Source of the DNA: a virus
Lineage: Duplodnaviria > Caudoviricetes
Virus record (IMG/VR): IMGVR_UViG_3300021364_000072
Coordinates: 1 to 36,344 of that record
Strand: one strand, 5' to 3'
Length of the DNA stretch: 36,344 nt
The position numbers and the translations under genes are program-made. Positions 18,985 through 27,260 of this stretch are shown one piece after another (the stretch's first letter is position 1; each line of letters begins with the position of its first letter). The notes below the pieces were generated by a model that saw only the letters and a program-made list of their open reading frames with translations, was not told where the DNA came from and did not search any database.

Positions 18985-19830
18985 TTAATTTTTAATACAA
19001 TCAGGTCGTATTGCAACCAATTGTTTCTTAAATTCTTCTATTTGTTTATTGATAGGATTGCCATCTCCAATATCATCAATGCCATCACCCAACGTTGTGT
19101 TAACTATATCTTCAAATGAACTATCACCATCTAAACCATCCGATGGTAACTCATATTCTTGCATAGGTCCAACCTCACTTATTGTATTATTATCAGGTTG
19201 TTGTATTACCGCTGGTTCACTTCCATCTTCAGATGGAAAGTTTATGTTTGGTAATGGAATAGTTGGTGGTATTATATATGCAGTCCAAGGTATAACTGCT
19301 GGTGCTGGTATTGGTGAAGGTGATGCTGGATATAATGATGTTGTTTGTATAAATCCACCTATTGAAAATAAATGTACAATAGCCGCAAGTACAAACATAT
19401 TAACCATTATCTCTTGCTTTTTTGCTGGTTTTAATGGTGGATATAGTGGCCACACCCCAACATTACTTACTAAGTTTGAATTAACTGCTATGTTTTGAAT
19501 TGTACCTGGTGCTGGAATAAGTGGAATTGGGAATGGATTCATAGGTGCACCCGCCCAATATGCTTTTACACCATTTCCAAATTCATTTGGTAATGAGAAA
19601 TCAACACCAGGTGGAGTTGATAATCCTTTCAATAAAGCTACCCTAAAGAGAGTTTCCATTATTTGTTTGTTACCAGATTGTACAGCCTCACCATTAATTA
19701 AATCTCTACCCCTCTTAACGCATGCATCATATTCATTAGCCCAAATTTTTGCAACTTTATTTACATCTAAAGTATTATAATTCGGATTTGTTTGTCTTAA
19801 TACATTTCTTTTGAATAATCCCCAGGACAT
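18985..19830 (-). CDS. Hypothetical Pro-rich protein next to the spike gene (possible spike-associated protein)
   Basis: 281-aa ORF with a Pro-rich core and an acidic tail, two genes downstream of the gp5-like gene. Confidence 0.6.
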   Translation of the reverse strand: MSWGLFKRNVLRQTNPNYNTLDVNKVAKIWANEYDACVKRGRDLINGEAVQSGNKQIMETLFRVALLKGLSTPPGVDFSLPNEFGNGVKAYWAGAPMNPFPIPLIPAPGTIQNIAVNSNLVSNVGVWPLYPPLKPAKKQEIMVNMFVLAAIVHLFSIGGFIQTTSLYPASPSPIPAPAVIPWTAYIIPPTIPLPNINFPSEDGSEPAVIQQPDNNTISEVGPMQEYELPSDGLDGDSSFEDIVNTTLGDGIDDIGDGNPINKQIEEFKKQLVAIRPDCIKN

Positions 19831-19833
19831 TTT

Positions 19834-20214
19834 TTATTTTTTTAATAAATCCAATGGATTTGGTAAATTAACATCAGGTATCCCAACTTTTGGTATTTTG
19901 GGTAATTCTATATTAGGTATTTTAGGAATATCAATATTAGGTATTTCAGATATCTTTGGTATTTCTGGAATTGGTGGTAAGTTAGGTGGAGTTGGTAACT
20001 TAGGTAATCCTTTTTTAAGTTTAGGATTTTTTTCTACCTTCTTTTTTCTAAACTTTGGAATTGGTGGTAACTTTGGTAACCTAATTTTAGGTAATTCAGG
20101 TTTTTCAATCTTTGGTATTTTTGGAACCTCAGGAACTTTAGGCACATCAATAGGTAATGATTTAGCCAAATCACCAATTTTTCCAGTTTGTTTAGATAAA
20201 TCTTTTAGTGCCAT
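19834..20214 (-). CDS. Polyproline-repeat protein (P-[KEN]-[ILV] triplets)
   Basis: 126 aa with 28 Pro. Fits tightly between neighbours (1-3 nt gaps). Confidence 0.75.
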   Translation of the reverse strand: MALKDLSKQTGKIGDLAKSLPIDVPKVPEVPKIPKIEKPELPKIRLPKLPPIPKFRKKKVEKNPKLKKGLPKLPTPPNLPPIPEIPKISEIPNIDIPKIPNIELPKIPKVGIPDVNLPNPLDLLKK

Positions 20215-20215
20215 A

Positions 20216-21436
20216 TTATTTAAGTTGTACGTTATTACTTAACATTGATTGTAATTTAGTTTTCAATGTTGTAAATTGTGCTATATTGGTTGGACCGGGT
20301 GATGATGGACCGGCTGGAGTTAAATATATTTGTTGTGTTATTAAATCTATCATTTCACCCAATAACTCTACCAAAGTTTCACCCTTAGCAGCGGCTTCCA
20401 ATTCACCATCAGTTCCTAACATAATAGAACCATTACCAATATCTAAGTTAATATCTCTATCTTGTGTATCAACAAATATATGATTATCAGTTGTAATGTT
20501 TATACCATCAGTTGCATCAATTGAAAATTGACCATCGGTTATAAACCCTACATCTTTTTTTGCAGAAAAAATCATTTCAGCTGCTTTAGCAGAAACGATT
20601 ATTCTATCTGAATTTAGTAGAATTTGATTTCCCTTTAATTCAGAAGGGTAATTGTAAAATGATGGATATTCATTTTCAGTTGGTAATGTATATTCTAATA
20701 ATCTATCACCACTACCTAAATAAATAATATTACCATCATCATTAATATTTTCTTCAGTAGATGCTCCAATTGGTTTTGTTAAAGATTCACCATTTTCTCC
20801 ATTTCTAATTGTAATGCTTGGTGAAAAAATGTTATCAGGATTATTATATCCACTAAATCTAATTGATTGACCAAATCTGCTTTCTATTAAATTATCACCT
20901 TCATATAATTTAAGTTTATGAATAGTTCCATCTGGTGTGAAATATTCACCCAATGTTGAGGTATCAGTTTCATCTAAGGAACTTTCAGCTCTTGGTATTC
21001 CAGTTGATTGTACACTACTATAATTAGAAGCTGTATTAGTATCTGCTGCTTTTTCTTTTTTCTGAACACTACTTATCTCATCTAAGCTAGTGTTAACATT
21101 TGGTAAAGATGAACCTATAATTCGTTCATACACATAACCACCGCTGGGTGAGTTAATTATATGAATAGTTTCATTTACAGTTGGTAATGAAACATTTGTT
21201 TTATTTTTAGGTAAAGCTAAACTCAGTGCTTCATCTTTTTTATTTGGACTATTCGATGCTCTGAATAATACGGCTCCAATGTATTTACTCTTTAATTCTT
21301 CTACTATTTCTAAATCAGTAAGAATATCATCAGAAGTATCCAAAATAACCTTATACACCACACCCATAGTGGATGTTGGTTTAGGTTTTCTATCAACTCT
21401 TTGATTAGATTGTACATTACTATTTCTATTGAACAT
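20216..21436 (-). CDS. Baseplate central spike/hub protein (T4 gp5/P2 gpV-like, no lysozyme domain seen)
   Basis: OB-fold-like N-terminus (LPTVNETIHII), YEGDNLIESRFGQSIRF, beta-helix-like repeats, and C-terminal KGETLVELL...TPAGPS. Confidence 0.7.
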   Translation of the reverse strand: MFNRNSNVQSNQRVDRKPKPTSTMGVVYKVILDTSDDILTDLEIVEELKSKYIGAVLFRASNSPNKKDEALSLALPKNKTNVSLPTVNETIHIINSPSGGYVYERIIGSSLPNVNTSLDEISSVQKKEKAADTNTASNYSSVQSTGIPRAESSLDETDTSTLGEYFTPDGTIHKLKLYEGDNLIESRFGQSIRFSGYNNPDNIFSPSITIRNGENGESLTKPIGASTEENINDDGNIIYLGSGDRLLEYTLPTENEYPSFYNYPSELKGNQILLNSDRIIVSAKAAEMIFSAKKDVGFITDGQFSIDATDGINITTDNHIFVDTQDRDINLDIGNGSIMLGTDGELEAAAKGETLVELLGEMIDLITQQIYLTPAGPSSPGPTNIAQFTTLKTKLQSMLSNNVQLK

Positions 21437-21442
21437 AGCCGT

Positions 21443-21838
21443 TTACTTTTCTATTTTTTGTTTTACTTCTTCTATTTCATTTTGTAAATCATCTACCCTA
21501 CTAACCTCATCTTGAACTTGTTCAATCTCTGAAAGTAATTGTTCTCTTTCTGCATCGGTAAGATATCCAGTATCTCCTTCTGATTTTTGGCTTGATGCGA
21601 TAATTCTTTGTGCGATAGTTGCTAACTTAACTAATTGGTCATCGTTACGAACTGATGTATCAATTAAGTCTTTGATGACCGGGCCTAAGATTCCCATATC
21701 ACCATTATGTCTAATCATTTTTCTGATTTCAAAGATGACTTCAGAAATATGTTTCTTTTTATTTATTTGATTGTTATAGATATCCTCAAACAACCCACTA
21801 AGGTTTTTGCCTGGGAATAATTCAAAATCTGTTGACAT
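21443..21838 (-). CDS. Helical hypothetical protein (possibly terminase small subunit-like)
   Basis: 131-aa helical/coiled-coil ORF under the ATATTTATA motif. The function is a weak inference. Confidence 0.6.
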   Translation of the reverse strand: MSTDFELFPGKNLSGLFEDIYNNQINKKKHISEVIFEIRKMIRHNGDMGILGPVIKDLIDTSVRNDDQLVKLATIAQRIIASSQKSEGDTGYLTDAEREQLLSEIEQVQDEVSRVDDLQNEIEEVKQKIEK

Positions 21839-21862
21839 AGTTTATTAATATTGTGTTCAATA

Positions 21863-21871
21863 TATAAATAT
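21863..21871 (-). promoter_or_regulatory. Putative late promoter motif ATATTTATA
   Basis: 24 nt upstream of ATG 21838. Confidence 0.65.
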
Positions 21872-21893
21872 CAATAAACAAAAAAGTGTGGGA

Positions 21894-22037
21894 TTACCTA
21901 CCTTGCCCCCTATATGCCTTTTTGTAGTTTCTACTATTTTTAGATTTAGAAGTTTTGCTCTTAGCGTGAACACCAGGTCTCTTCTTACTTTGAGAACGAT
22001 ATAACGAAATACCAAAACCTCCCTTTGCTTTTGCCAT
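21894..22037 (-). CDS. Small basic protein (47 aa, ends YRGQGR), not in the ORF track
   Basis: Hand translation: MAKAKGGFGISLYRSQSKKRPGVHAKSKTSKSKNSRNYKKAYRGQGR. Preceded by ATACTTATT. Confidence 0.8.
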   Translation of the reverse strand: MAKAKGGFGISLYRSQSKKRPGVHAKSKTSKSKNSRNYKKAYRGQGR

Positions 22038-22056
22038 AATATATTTAGATTATACC

Positions 22057-22065
22057 AATAAGTAT
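22057..22065 (-). promoter_or_regulatory. Putative late promoter motif variant ATACTTATT
   Basis: 19 nt upstream of ATG 22037. Confidence 0.5.
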
Positions 22066-22090
22066 ATTCTATTAAACCAAACAAAAACAA

Positions 22091-22621
22091 TTACTTATTC
22101 TTATAAAAGAATTCTAATATATCTCTTTCTAAAGTAACATCCATTACGAAGTTATCTCCATACATAATGCTAGTAAATGTTCCTTCATCTTCATCGGTTA
22201 TTTCGATAACATAATCTATCTCATCAAATGTTACTTTATAGCTTTCACTCTTTCTGATTCTTTGTATGTTTTTATGTTCCGTAGTTCTTTCAACAACTTC
22301 TTTACCACTTATATCAGGTACATTTAGAAGTTGAGTTACACATTTAGCATAGTTTGTTTTGAGAGTATCTATAAAGAAGATATCATTCATCTTACTCATT
22401 AGATACAATCTTTGCTTTTTATCCAAACCACCTGCCTTAAAATCACCAGTGTATTGTACTATCGGTAAAGATAGTATTGCTTTTTTAGAATCATCTTTTA
22501 GATTTCTGAAATCTACTTTGGATTTTATTTGATGAGGATGATTGATATCTCTATCACATGGTAATGCTAAAATATCATAGAATGTATTTGTACCAAAGTG
22601 TTCTTGTATTAGAGGACTCAT
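22091..22621 (-). CDS. Hypothetical protein, last gene of the two-component operon
   Basis: 176-aa ORF starting 2 nt after the stop of the membrane-protein gene. Confidence 0.75.
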   Translation of the reverse strand: MSPLIQEHFGTNTFYDILALPCDRDINHPHQIKSKVDFRNLKDDSKKAILSLPIVQYTGDFKAGGLDKKQRLYLMSKMNDIFFIDTLKTNYAKCVTQLLNVPDISGKEVVERTTEHKNIQRIRKSESYKVTFDEIDYVIEITDEDEGTFTSIMYGDNFVMDVTLERDILEFFYKNK

Positions 22622-22623
22622 CT

Positions 22624-23196
22624 TTATTCTTTTTCAGTAGCATATTTTACACCCATAATTGTACCAACGATTGAGAATGCGTTAGTAAGGAGAATACCAA
22701 ACATATTACTCCAAGTAGAACCAATGATTTGAGTATCAGTACCAGACATCAATGCCAATCCATACATAACAGTTGTAAGAACACCAACTCCAACAATTAC
22801 ATAAAGTGCTACCTTTACAATCGTACTGATTAATTCGAATTGGGTTTTCTTTTGCATTACTTCTAAATCTTCCAATGCTTTATCCTTACCCTTTTCTGCT
22901 TCCTCTCTTAACTGATTAGATTCTTCCAATGCTATTTGGAGTTCTTCCATCAGTTCATCATTTTCTTTTTGCTTACTAACAAGTTCTTTATTTTGTTGTT
23001 GAACTTGCTTAGTTACCTTTAATCGTTTTCTTCTTGATTCAGAATCCTTTTCCTTACAAAGTTTTAGATACTCTTCGAACTCAGTATCACCTTTAGGTGC
23101 TTGTAGAATTTTTAAGAAGTTTCCTTCTATGTAAATTTTTTTCTTTTTAGCAACACCTAAAAGAACATCTCTTGTATGTTTTGTAACCTCAATCAT
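22624..23196 (-). CDS. Coiled-coil membrane protein with two C-terminal TM helices
   Basis: Long E/K/Q coiled coil followed by hydrophobic IVKVALYVIVGVGVLTTVMYGLALM and MFGILLTNAFSIVGTIMGV. Confidence 0.8.
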   Translation of the reverse strand: MIEVTKHTRDVLLGVAKKKKIYIEGNFLKILQAPKGDTEFEEYLKLCKEKDSESRRKRLKVTKQVQQQNKELVSKQKENDELMEELQIALEESNQLREEAEKGKDKALEDLEVMQKKTQFELISTIVKVALYVIVGVGVLTTVMYGLALMSGTDTQIIGSTWSNMFGILLTNAFSIVGTIMGVKYATEKE

Positions 23197-23202
23197 TATA
23201 GG

Positions 23203-23649
23203 TTACTTATAAACTTTGAATGGAGCAGTTCGGTTTAGATATCCATCATAATCTTTTCTGAAATCTTCTAATCGAGGTTCAATATCATCTGATTTAATAA
23301 TCCAGAATTGTGCACCAGCCGATTTTGCCTTTTCAATTTCTTGTTTGTCATCTGATGAAGATATAATTCCGATTACACACCCATTACCATATTCGAAATT
23401 GATTTTACGAATCAACTCAATCCCATCAAAGGATGAACCGATTATATTTAAATCAACGAATACACACTCAGGTCTATCATCATCATTGTTATCAGGAAAC
23501 CATTCTTTAAATTTTTTATCAGCTTCATCGGAAGAGTTAAGTGCTTCCAAAGATAAAGTGATATCTAAGATACTACAAGCATCTTCAAATACTAAGTGGA
23601 ATAAATCCTCATCATCCACCAGTAAGATTGAGTTAATCATTTCATTCAT
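23203..23649 (-). CDS. Stand-alone response regulator (receiver domain only, CheY-like)
   Basis: ILLVDDED acidic pocket, VFVDLN phospho-Asp, DGIELIRKI, IISSS and AGAQFWIIK. No output domain. Confidence 0.93.
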   Translation of the reverse strand: MNEMINSILLVDDEDLFHLVFEDACSILDITLSLEALNSSDEADKKFKEWFPDNNDDDRPECVFVDLNIIGSSFDGIELIRKINFEYGNGCVIGIISSSDDKQEIEKAKSAGAQFWIIKSDDIEPRLEDFRKDYDGYLNRTAPFKVYK

Positions 23650-24878
23650 TTTAAATTAATTCTTAATTTAGTGCCGTTATTTAATTTTTCGGCTGTTATT
23701 CCAAAACCATGTTCATTCAGAATTGCGATACAAATATTTAATCCCAATCCAGAACCCCCCTCTTTTTGTCCTTCTTTTCTTGTATATGGTTTGGATAACT
23801 CAATGAACTCATCATTAGTAATCCCCCTCCCATTATCTTCTACACACATTGTTGAGTTATTTTCCATATAAACTCTAACCATCTTTGTACTACTATCGTT
23901 ATACTTTAATCCATTTCTGATTAAGTTATCTATTGCCGTACAAAAGAGTGGTTCGTTTACTGGTGTGGTTGGTAATCTCTCTATCTTAACTTGTGAGATA
24001 TAAGATGTAGAAGATAAATAGTTTCTAAGTATCTCAGCAAGGTTACATTCTACCATATCTAATTGTGCATCTTCCTTTACCAAATTGGTAAATTCTTTTA
24101 CACCTGAATACACTTTCTGAGTATGTCTTAATCCTTCCTCTAACATTCGTAGTGGAGAACCTATTTTTAATTCTTTAATTTTTTCTTCCGATAATCTTCG
24201 TTGTAAGGATGATAATCCTCTTGGCATATATGTGTTGATACCACTATGCATATCGTGTCGGAGAATCTTTGCAGCATGTTCTAAGTAAGAGTTTTTCTGA
24301 TTAACTTCTACCTCTGCTAAGTGTTGTAGTGTTGTATCGGTTGCTATCTTTAGAACTCTATCATAACCACCATTAATACTTTTAATAGGAGTATAATTAC
24401 CAAACAACCAAACAGAACTTCCATCTTTTGCTATTCGTTCAAACTCACCACTTATATTTTCTCCTCTTTTTAATCTTTGCCAAAACTCTCTATATTCCAA
24501 ACTTTCTCCATATTGCTTTGGAACTAATGTTTTATGTTGTTTATACTTCAAATCCTTTTCAGTACATTTCATTGTACTACAAAATTTTGAATTAGCTTCT
24601 AAAACATAGCCATCCATATCCAACATTACAACTAAGTTTGATTTATCAATTGCTGCTAGTTGTAAATCAATATTCTTTTCTTTGAGTTTTGTACTTTTTA
24701 TGAAATTATATATGACGTAAGCAAATGGTGGTATAAATAAAATTATACAACCATATCCAAATTCAGCTAAAAGATAAGAAGGTTCTAACCATCTGAATAT
24801 AATACAAGTTTGTACTATAAAAAAGATGAATATAATAGAACCCGCTATGCCTAAACATATTTTTGCGAACTTATTCAA
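23646..24878 (-). CDS. Membrane-anchored PAS-domain sensor histidine kinase
   Basis: Two N-terminal TM helices, PAS/PAC (EYREFWQRLKRGE...KDGSSVWL...Y.P...KIATD), H-box LRHDMH, N-box DNLIRNGLKYN, G1 EDNGRGI and G2 GSGLGL. TTG start, ATGA overlap with the receiver gene. Confidence 0.93.
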   Translation of the reverse strand: MNKFAKICLGIAGSIIFIFFIVQTCIIFRWLEPSYLLAEFGYGCIILFIPPFAYVIYNFIKSTKLKEKNIDLQLAAIDKSNLVVMLDMDGYVLEANSKFCSTMKCTEKDLKYKQHKTLVPKQYGESLEYREFWQRLKRGENISGEFERIAKDGSSVWLFGNYTPIKSINGGYDRVLKIATDTTLQHLAEVEVNQKNSYLEHAAKILRHDMHSGINTYMPRGLSSLQRRLSEEKIKELKIGSPLRMLEEGLRHTQKVYSGVKEFTNLVKEDAQLDMVECNLAEILRNYLSSTSYISQVKIERLPTTPVNEPLFCTAIDNLIRNGLKYNDSSTKMVRVYMENNSTMCVEDNGRGITNDEFIELSKPYTRKEGQKEGGSGLGLNICIAILNEHGFGITAEKLNNGTKLRINLK

Positions 24879-24960
24879 TTTATAAAATATCGTTCAAATT
24901 ATATTATCGGGGAGATAACTGTTTGAACTTTTTGGGTGTGAAGTATTATAACCTATTTAG

Positions 24961-24969
24961 AATAAATAT
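24961..24969 (-). promoter_or_regulatory. Putative late promoter motif variant ATATTTATT heading the two-component operon
   Basis: Intergenic, 82 nt upstream of the kinase start. Confidence 0.5.
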
Positions 24970-24973
24970 AGGT

Positions 24974-25693
24974 TTAGTAAGAAAAGAACTCATCTTCATC
25001 TTCAGTATCTTTGACTTCACCATAATCCAAATAATCATTTAGCATTTTCTTTTGGTGGACTTTCATTACATTTACAACCTTAGTAATGTAGTGAGTTTTA
25101 CAATCAGTCATTTCTCTGATTAGAAGATACAAATGTTTTTTGTTGAAGTTTTCAATATATTGACTTCTTCTGAATAATTCTAAGATAGCATCTGCTATTT
25201 GAATATCTCTTTTCTTTGTAAATATTTTTGTTAGATTCTTATCCCAATACTTTAACATAAGTTGTTTAAACTCACTAAACTCATCCCCCTGCTCTCTATG
25301 ATAAAAATCATCTTCGGGATTCCAAGTTTGTGGCATTTGGGATAATAAATCAGTTTTCTTATATCTTTTATAGTTTGAATTATTGTTTAATATAAGATAA
25401 TTTTTTGCTACAATAGAAAAATAAGAGAACGCCTTACCCTTACCTTCTTTGAACATATGAATTTTTTGAATTAATATAGCAACTACCTCTTTTTGTACAT
25501 CTTCTTTTGGTACATCAAAGTAGGAGAACTTAAATGTGTTTAAAATATTTTCTGCTAATTTTTCAAATGGATATTTAATTCTCGTACGATACAATTCATT
25601 TTTTTCTTTATCGTTTGTAGAGTTGTTATACGCTATAATCGCATCTTGCGTATCTTGTGTAAAATATTGTTTGTTTTTTCTAGGTCTTGGCAT
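24974..25693 (-). CDS. Phage RNA polymerase sigma factor (T4 gp55-like, putative late sigma)
   Basis: Region-2-like EDVQKE...IQKIHMFKEGKGKAFSYFSIVAKNYLI, with an acidic/aromatic C-terminal tail DEDEFFSY like the gp55 clamp-binding tail. Confidence 0.75.
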   Translation of the reverse strand: MPRPRKNKQYFTQDTQDAIIAYNNSTNDKEKNELYRTRIKYPFEKLAENILNTFKFSYFDVPKEDVQKEVVAILIQKIHMFKEGKGKAFSYFSIVAKNYLILNNNSNYKRYKKTDLLSQMPQTWNPEDDFYHREQGDEFSEFKQLMLKYWDKNLTKIFTKKRDIQIADAILELFRRSQYIENFNKKHLYLLIREMTDCKTHYITKVVNVMKVHQKKMLNDYLDYGEVKDTEDEDEFFSY

Positions 25694-25696
25694 ACT

Positions 25697-25969
25697 TTAT
25701 AAATTGTTTTGATACTTTTCAATGATACCTTTTAATTCTTTGAAAACCACCCCAACCTCATCATCTGATTCAAATGAACCTCTAATATCTATTTGTTTCA
25801 TCTCTTCCTGCATTTTTGTTAGTGTTTCAATAGTTTGTTCATTAATAGTATCAGATTCGTTTATAGCATCTTCAACCTGTCTAACTAATTGAGTCCCTCT
25901 GTAAATGAAGAAAATATTTGAAAGTGTTAATACTCCAATAATAATATATAATATGTAGATTGTTTCCAT
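25697..25969 (-). CDS. Small membrane-anchored coiled-coil protein
   Basis: N-terminal TM (IYILYIIIGVLTLSNIFFIY) followed by a helical region with GSFESDDEVG. Confidence 0.75.
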   Translation of the reverse strand: METIYILYIIIGVLTLSNIFFIYRGTQLVRQVEDAINESDTINEQTIETLTKMQEEMKQIDIRGSFESDDEVGVVFKELKGIIEKYQNNL

Positions 25970-25986
25970 GTAGTTAAAATATTATA

Positions 25987-26018
25987 CTAATATACAAAAA
26001 AATATTTATAATTCCAAA
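25987..26018 (-). promoter_or_regulatory. Bacteroidota sigma-A-type promoter for the 90-aa gene and the sigma factor
   Basis: Minus strand reads TTTG-N20-TATATTAG, 17 nt before the ATG. Confidence 0.7.
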
Positions 26019-26267
26019 TTATGCTTCACCTTTTTTTCCATAAAAAGGTATTCCATTAATTGATAATTCAAAATTATCATCCTCATCTTCAGTCAATTCA
26101 ATTTTTTCATTATGAATTTCTTCAGATAACTTTTTAATTCTTTCTAAAATTCTACTATCCAATCTTTTTGAATTTATTAATTTTTCTTCTATTAATTCAT
26201 CTACTAATGATTCTAATATAATTTCTAAAGTTGCTAATTTTTGTTCTAATATAAAAAGTCTATTCAT
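26019..26267 (-). CDS. Hypothetical acidic protein
   Basis: 82-aa ORF in a tightly packed operon. Confidence 0.7.
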   Translation of the reverse strand: MNRLFILEQKLATLEIILESLVDELIEEKLINSKRLDSRILERIKKLSEEIHNEKIELTEDEDDNFELSINGIPFYGKKGEA

Positions 26268-26270
26268 TAA

Positions 26271-26522
26271 TTAGGTTGTAAGGGAACCAGTTAGTTCACT
26301 AACCGATTTCATAAATTCTTTAAAATCTCTATCCGATTCCGTTTCGTAATCTAAACTACCAAACGCATTCTTAACAGAATTATGATGATAACCCATTGCG
26401 TGTGCCAATCGAACACACATAATCTTATATTCATAAATATTCATATCATCAGGAACATCGAATGAAATGTTTTTTGCTTCCCTATTTAGGGAATCTTCTG
26501 ATTCGTAACTAAAAATTCCCAT
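26271..26522 (-). CDS. Hypothetical protein
   Basis: 83-aa ORF in a tightly packed operon. Confidence 0.75.
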   Translation of the reverse strand: MGIFSYESEDSLNREAKNISFDVPDDMNIYEYKIMCVRLAHAMGYHHNSVKNAFGSLDYETESDRDFKEFMKSVSELTGSLTT

Positions 26523-26524
26523 AA

Positions 26525-27103
26525 CTATACTAATTTATATCCTTTATCTAAAAGAGGTTGTGCTTTTTTGTATTTAACAAATTCCATATCTCCTTCAGGT
26601 GATTGTAACATTACTCTTTCGTTTCTACCTGGCTTCTTTTCAACTTTTCTTTCTTGGCTATATCTTCGTATAGGTGAGTTTATATCAATACCATCAATTG
26701 AATCGATTAATCTTTGTGCGGTAATACATTCGAACAATCCCAAATCATTCATAAACTCATCTTGATTTTTCCAAGTTTCTTTATCTGATGAAAATTCTAC
26801 AATACCTAAATTATCAGTATCTACTTTAAAAGATTTATGTCTTACTGTTTTTCTAATTTTATTTTTCTTAAAAGAATCTTTTTCAAAGTACTGAACCATA
26901 TCATTTGAGGTTTCAGTAACTTTTGGATTAACTAAAGTTAAATCTTCATAATCACCACCAAACTTAATCGTAACAATTCTTTTATCCATACCAACATCTA
27001 ATGCGGTAACTGCAAACTCTTTATCTAATTTAGATATTTTTTCTTTATATAGGTTTAACTCTTCGTTTGTAACGGGAGTTCTTTCAACTCTTTTTACTAT
27101 CAT
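26525..27103 (-). CDS. Degenerate (predicted inactive) peptide deformylase-fold protein with a SEC-C-like tail
   Basis: PDF-like layout AVTALDVGMDKRI...LVNPKV...YFEKDS...TVRHKSFKV...CITAQRLIDSIDGI, with all catalytic motifs altered. Confidence 0.7.
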   Translation of the reverse strand: MIVKRVERTPVTNEELNLYKEKISKLDKEFAVTALDVGMDKRIVTIKFGGDYEDLTLVNPKVTETSNDMVQYFEKDSFKKNKIRKTVRHKSFKVDTDNLGIVEFSSDKETWKNQDEFMNDLGLFECITAQRLIDSIDGIDINSPIRRYSQERKVEKKPGRNERVMLQSPEGDMEFVKYKKAQPLLDKGYKLV

Positions 27104-27260
27104 AATATTTTTCTATTTCTTCGGTTAGGTAATCTACTGATTCTGAACTTCCGATAAGTGCTCCATACTTTGAATAGTATTCAATCCATTTATCTTTATC
27201 AGATTCAAATTGTTCTTTTAATTGATATATTTCTGGCACATGAACTTTTATGTAACTCAT
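27084..27260 (-). CDS. Hypothetical protein (58 aa), not in the ORF track
   Basis: Hand translation MSYIKVHVPEIYQLKEQFESDKDKWIEYYSKYGALIGSSESVDYLTEEIEKYYDSKKS. ATGA overlap with the cupin stop. Confidence 0.7.
   Translation of the reverse strand: MSYIKVHVPEIYQLKEQFESDKDKWIEYYSKYGALIGSSESVDYLTEEIEKYYDSKKS

Noticed and set aside
3600-21436. Baseplate cluster as a bacterial contractile injection system, tailocin or T6SS
   Set aside because: It is flanked by phage primase, gp46/47, a gp55-like sigma, a DenA-like nuclease and dCMP deaminase in dense single-strand phage organisation.
21857-22090. 77-aa minus-strand ORF
   Set aside because: It runs across two promoter-like motifs. A more credible 47-aa ATG ORF in another frame (21894..22037) occupies the space.
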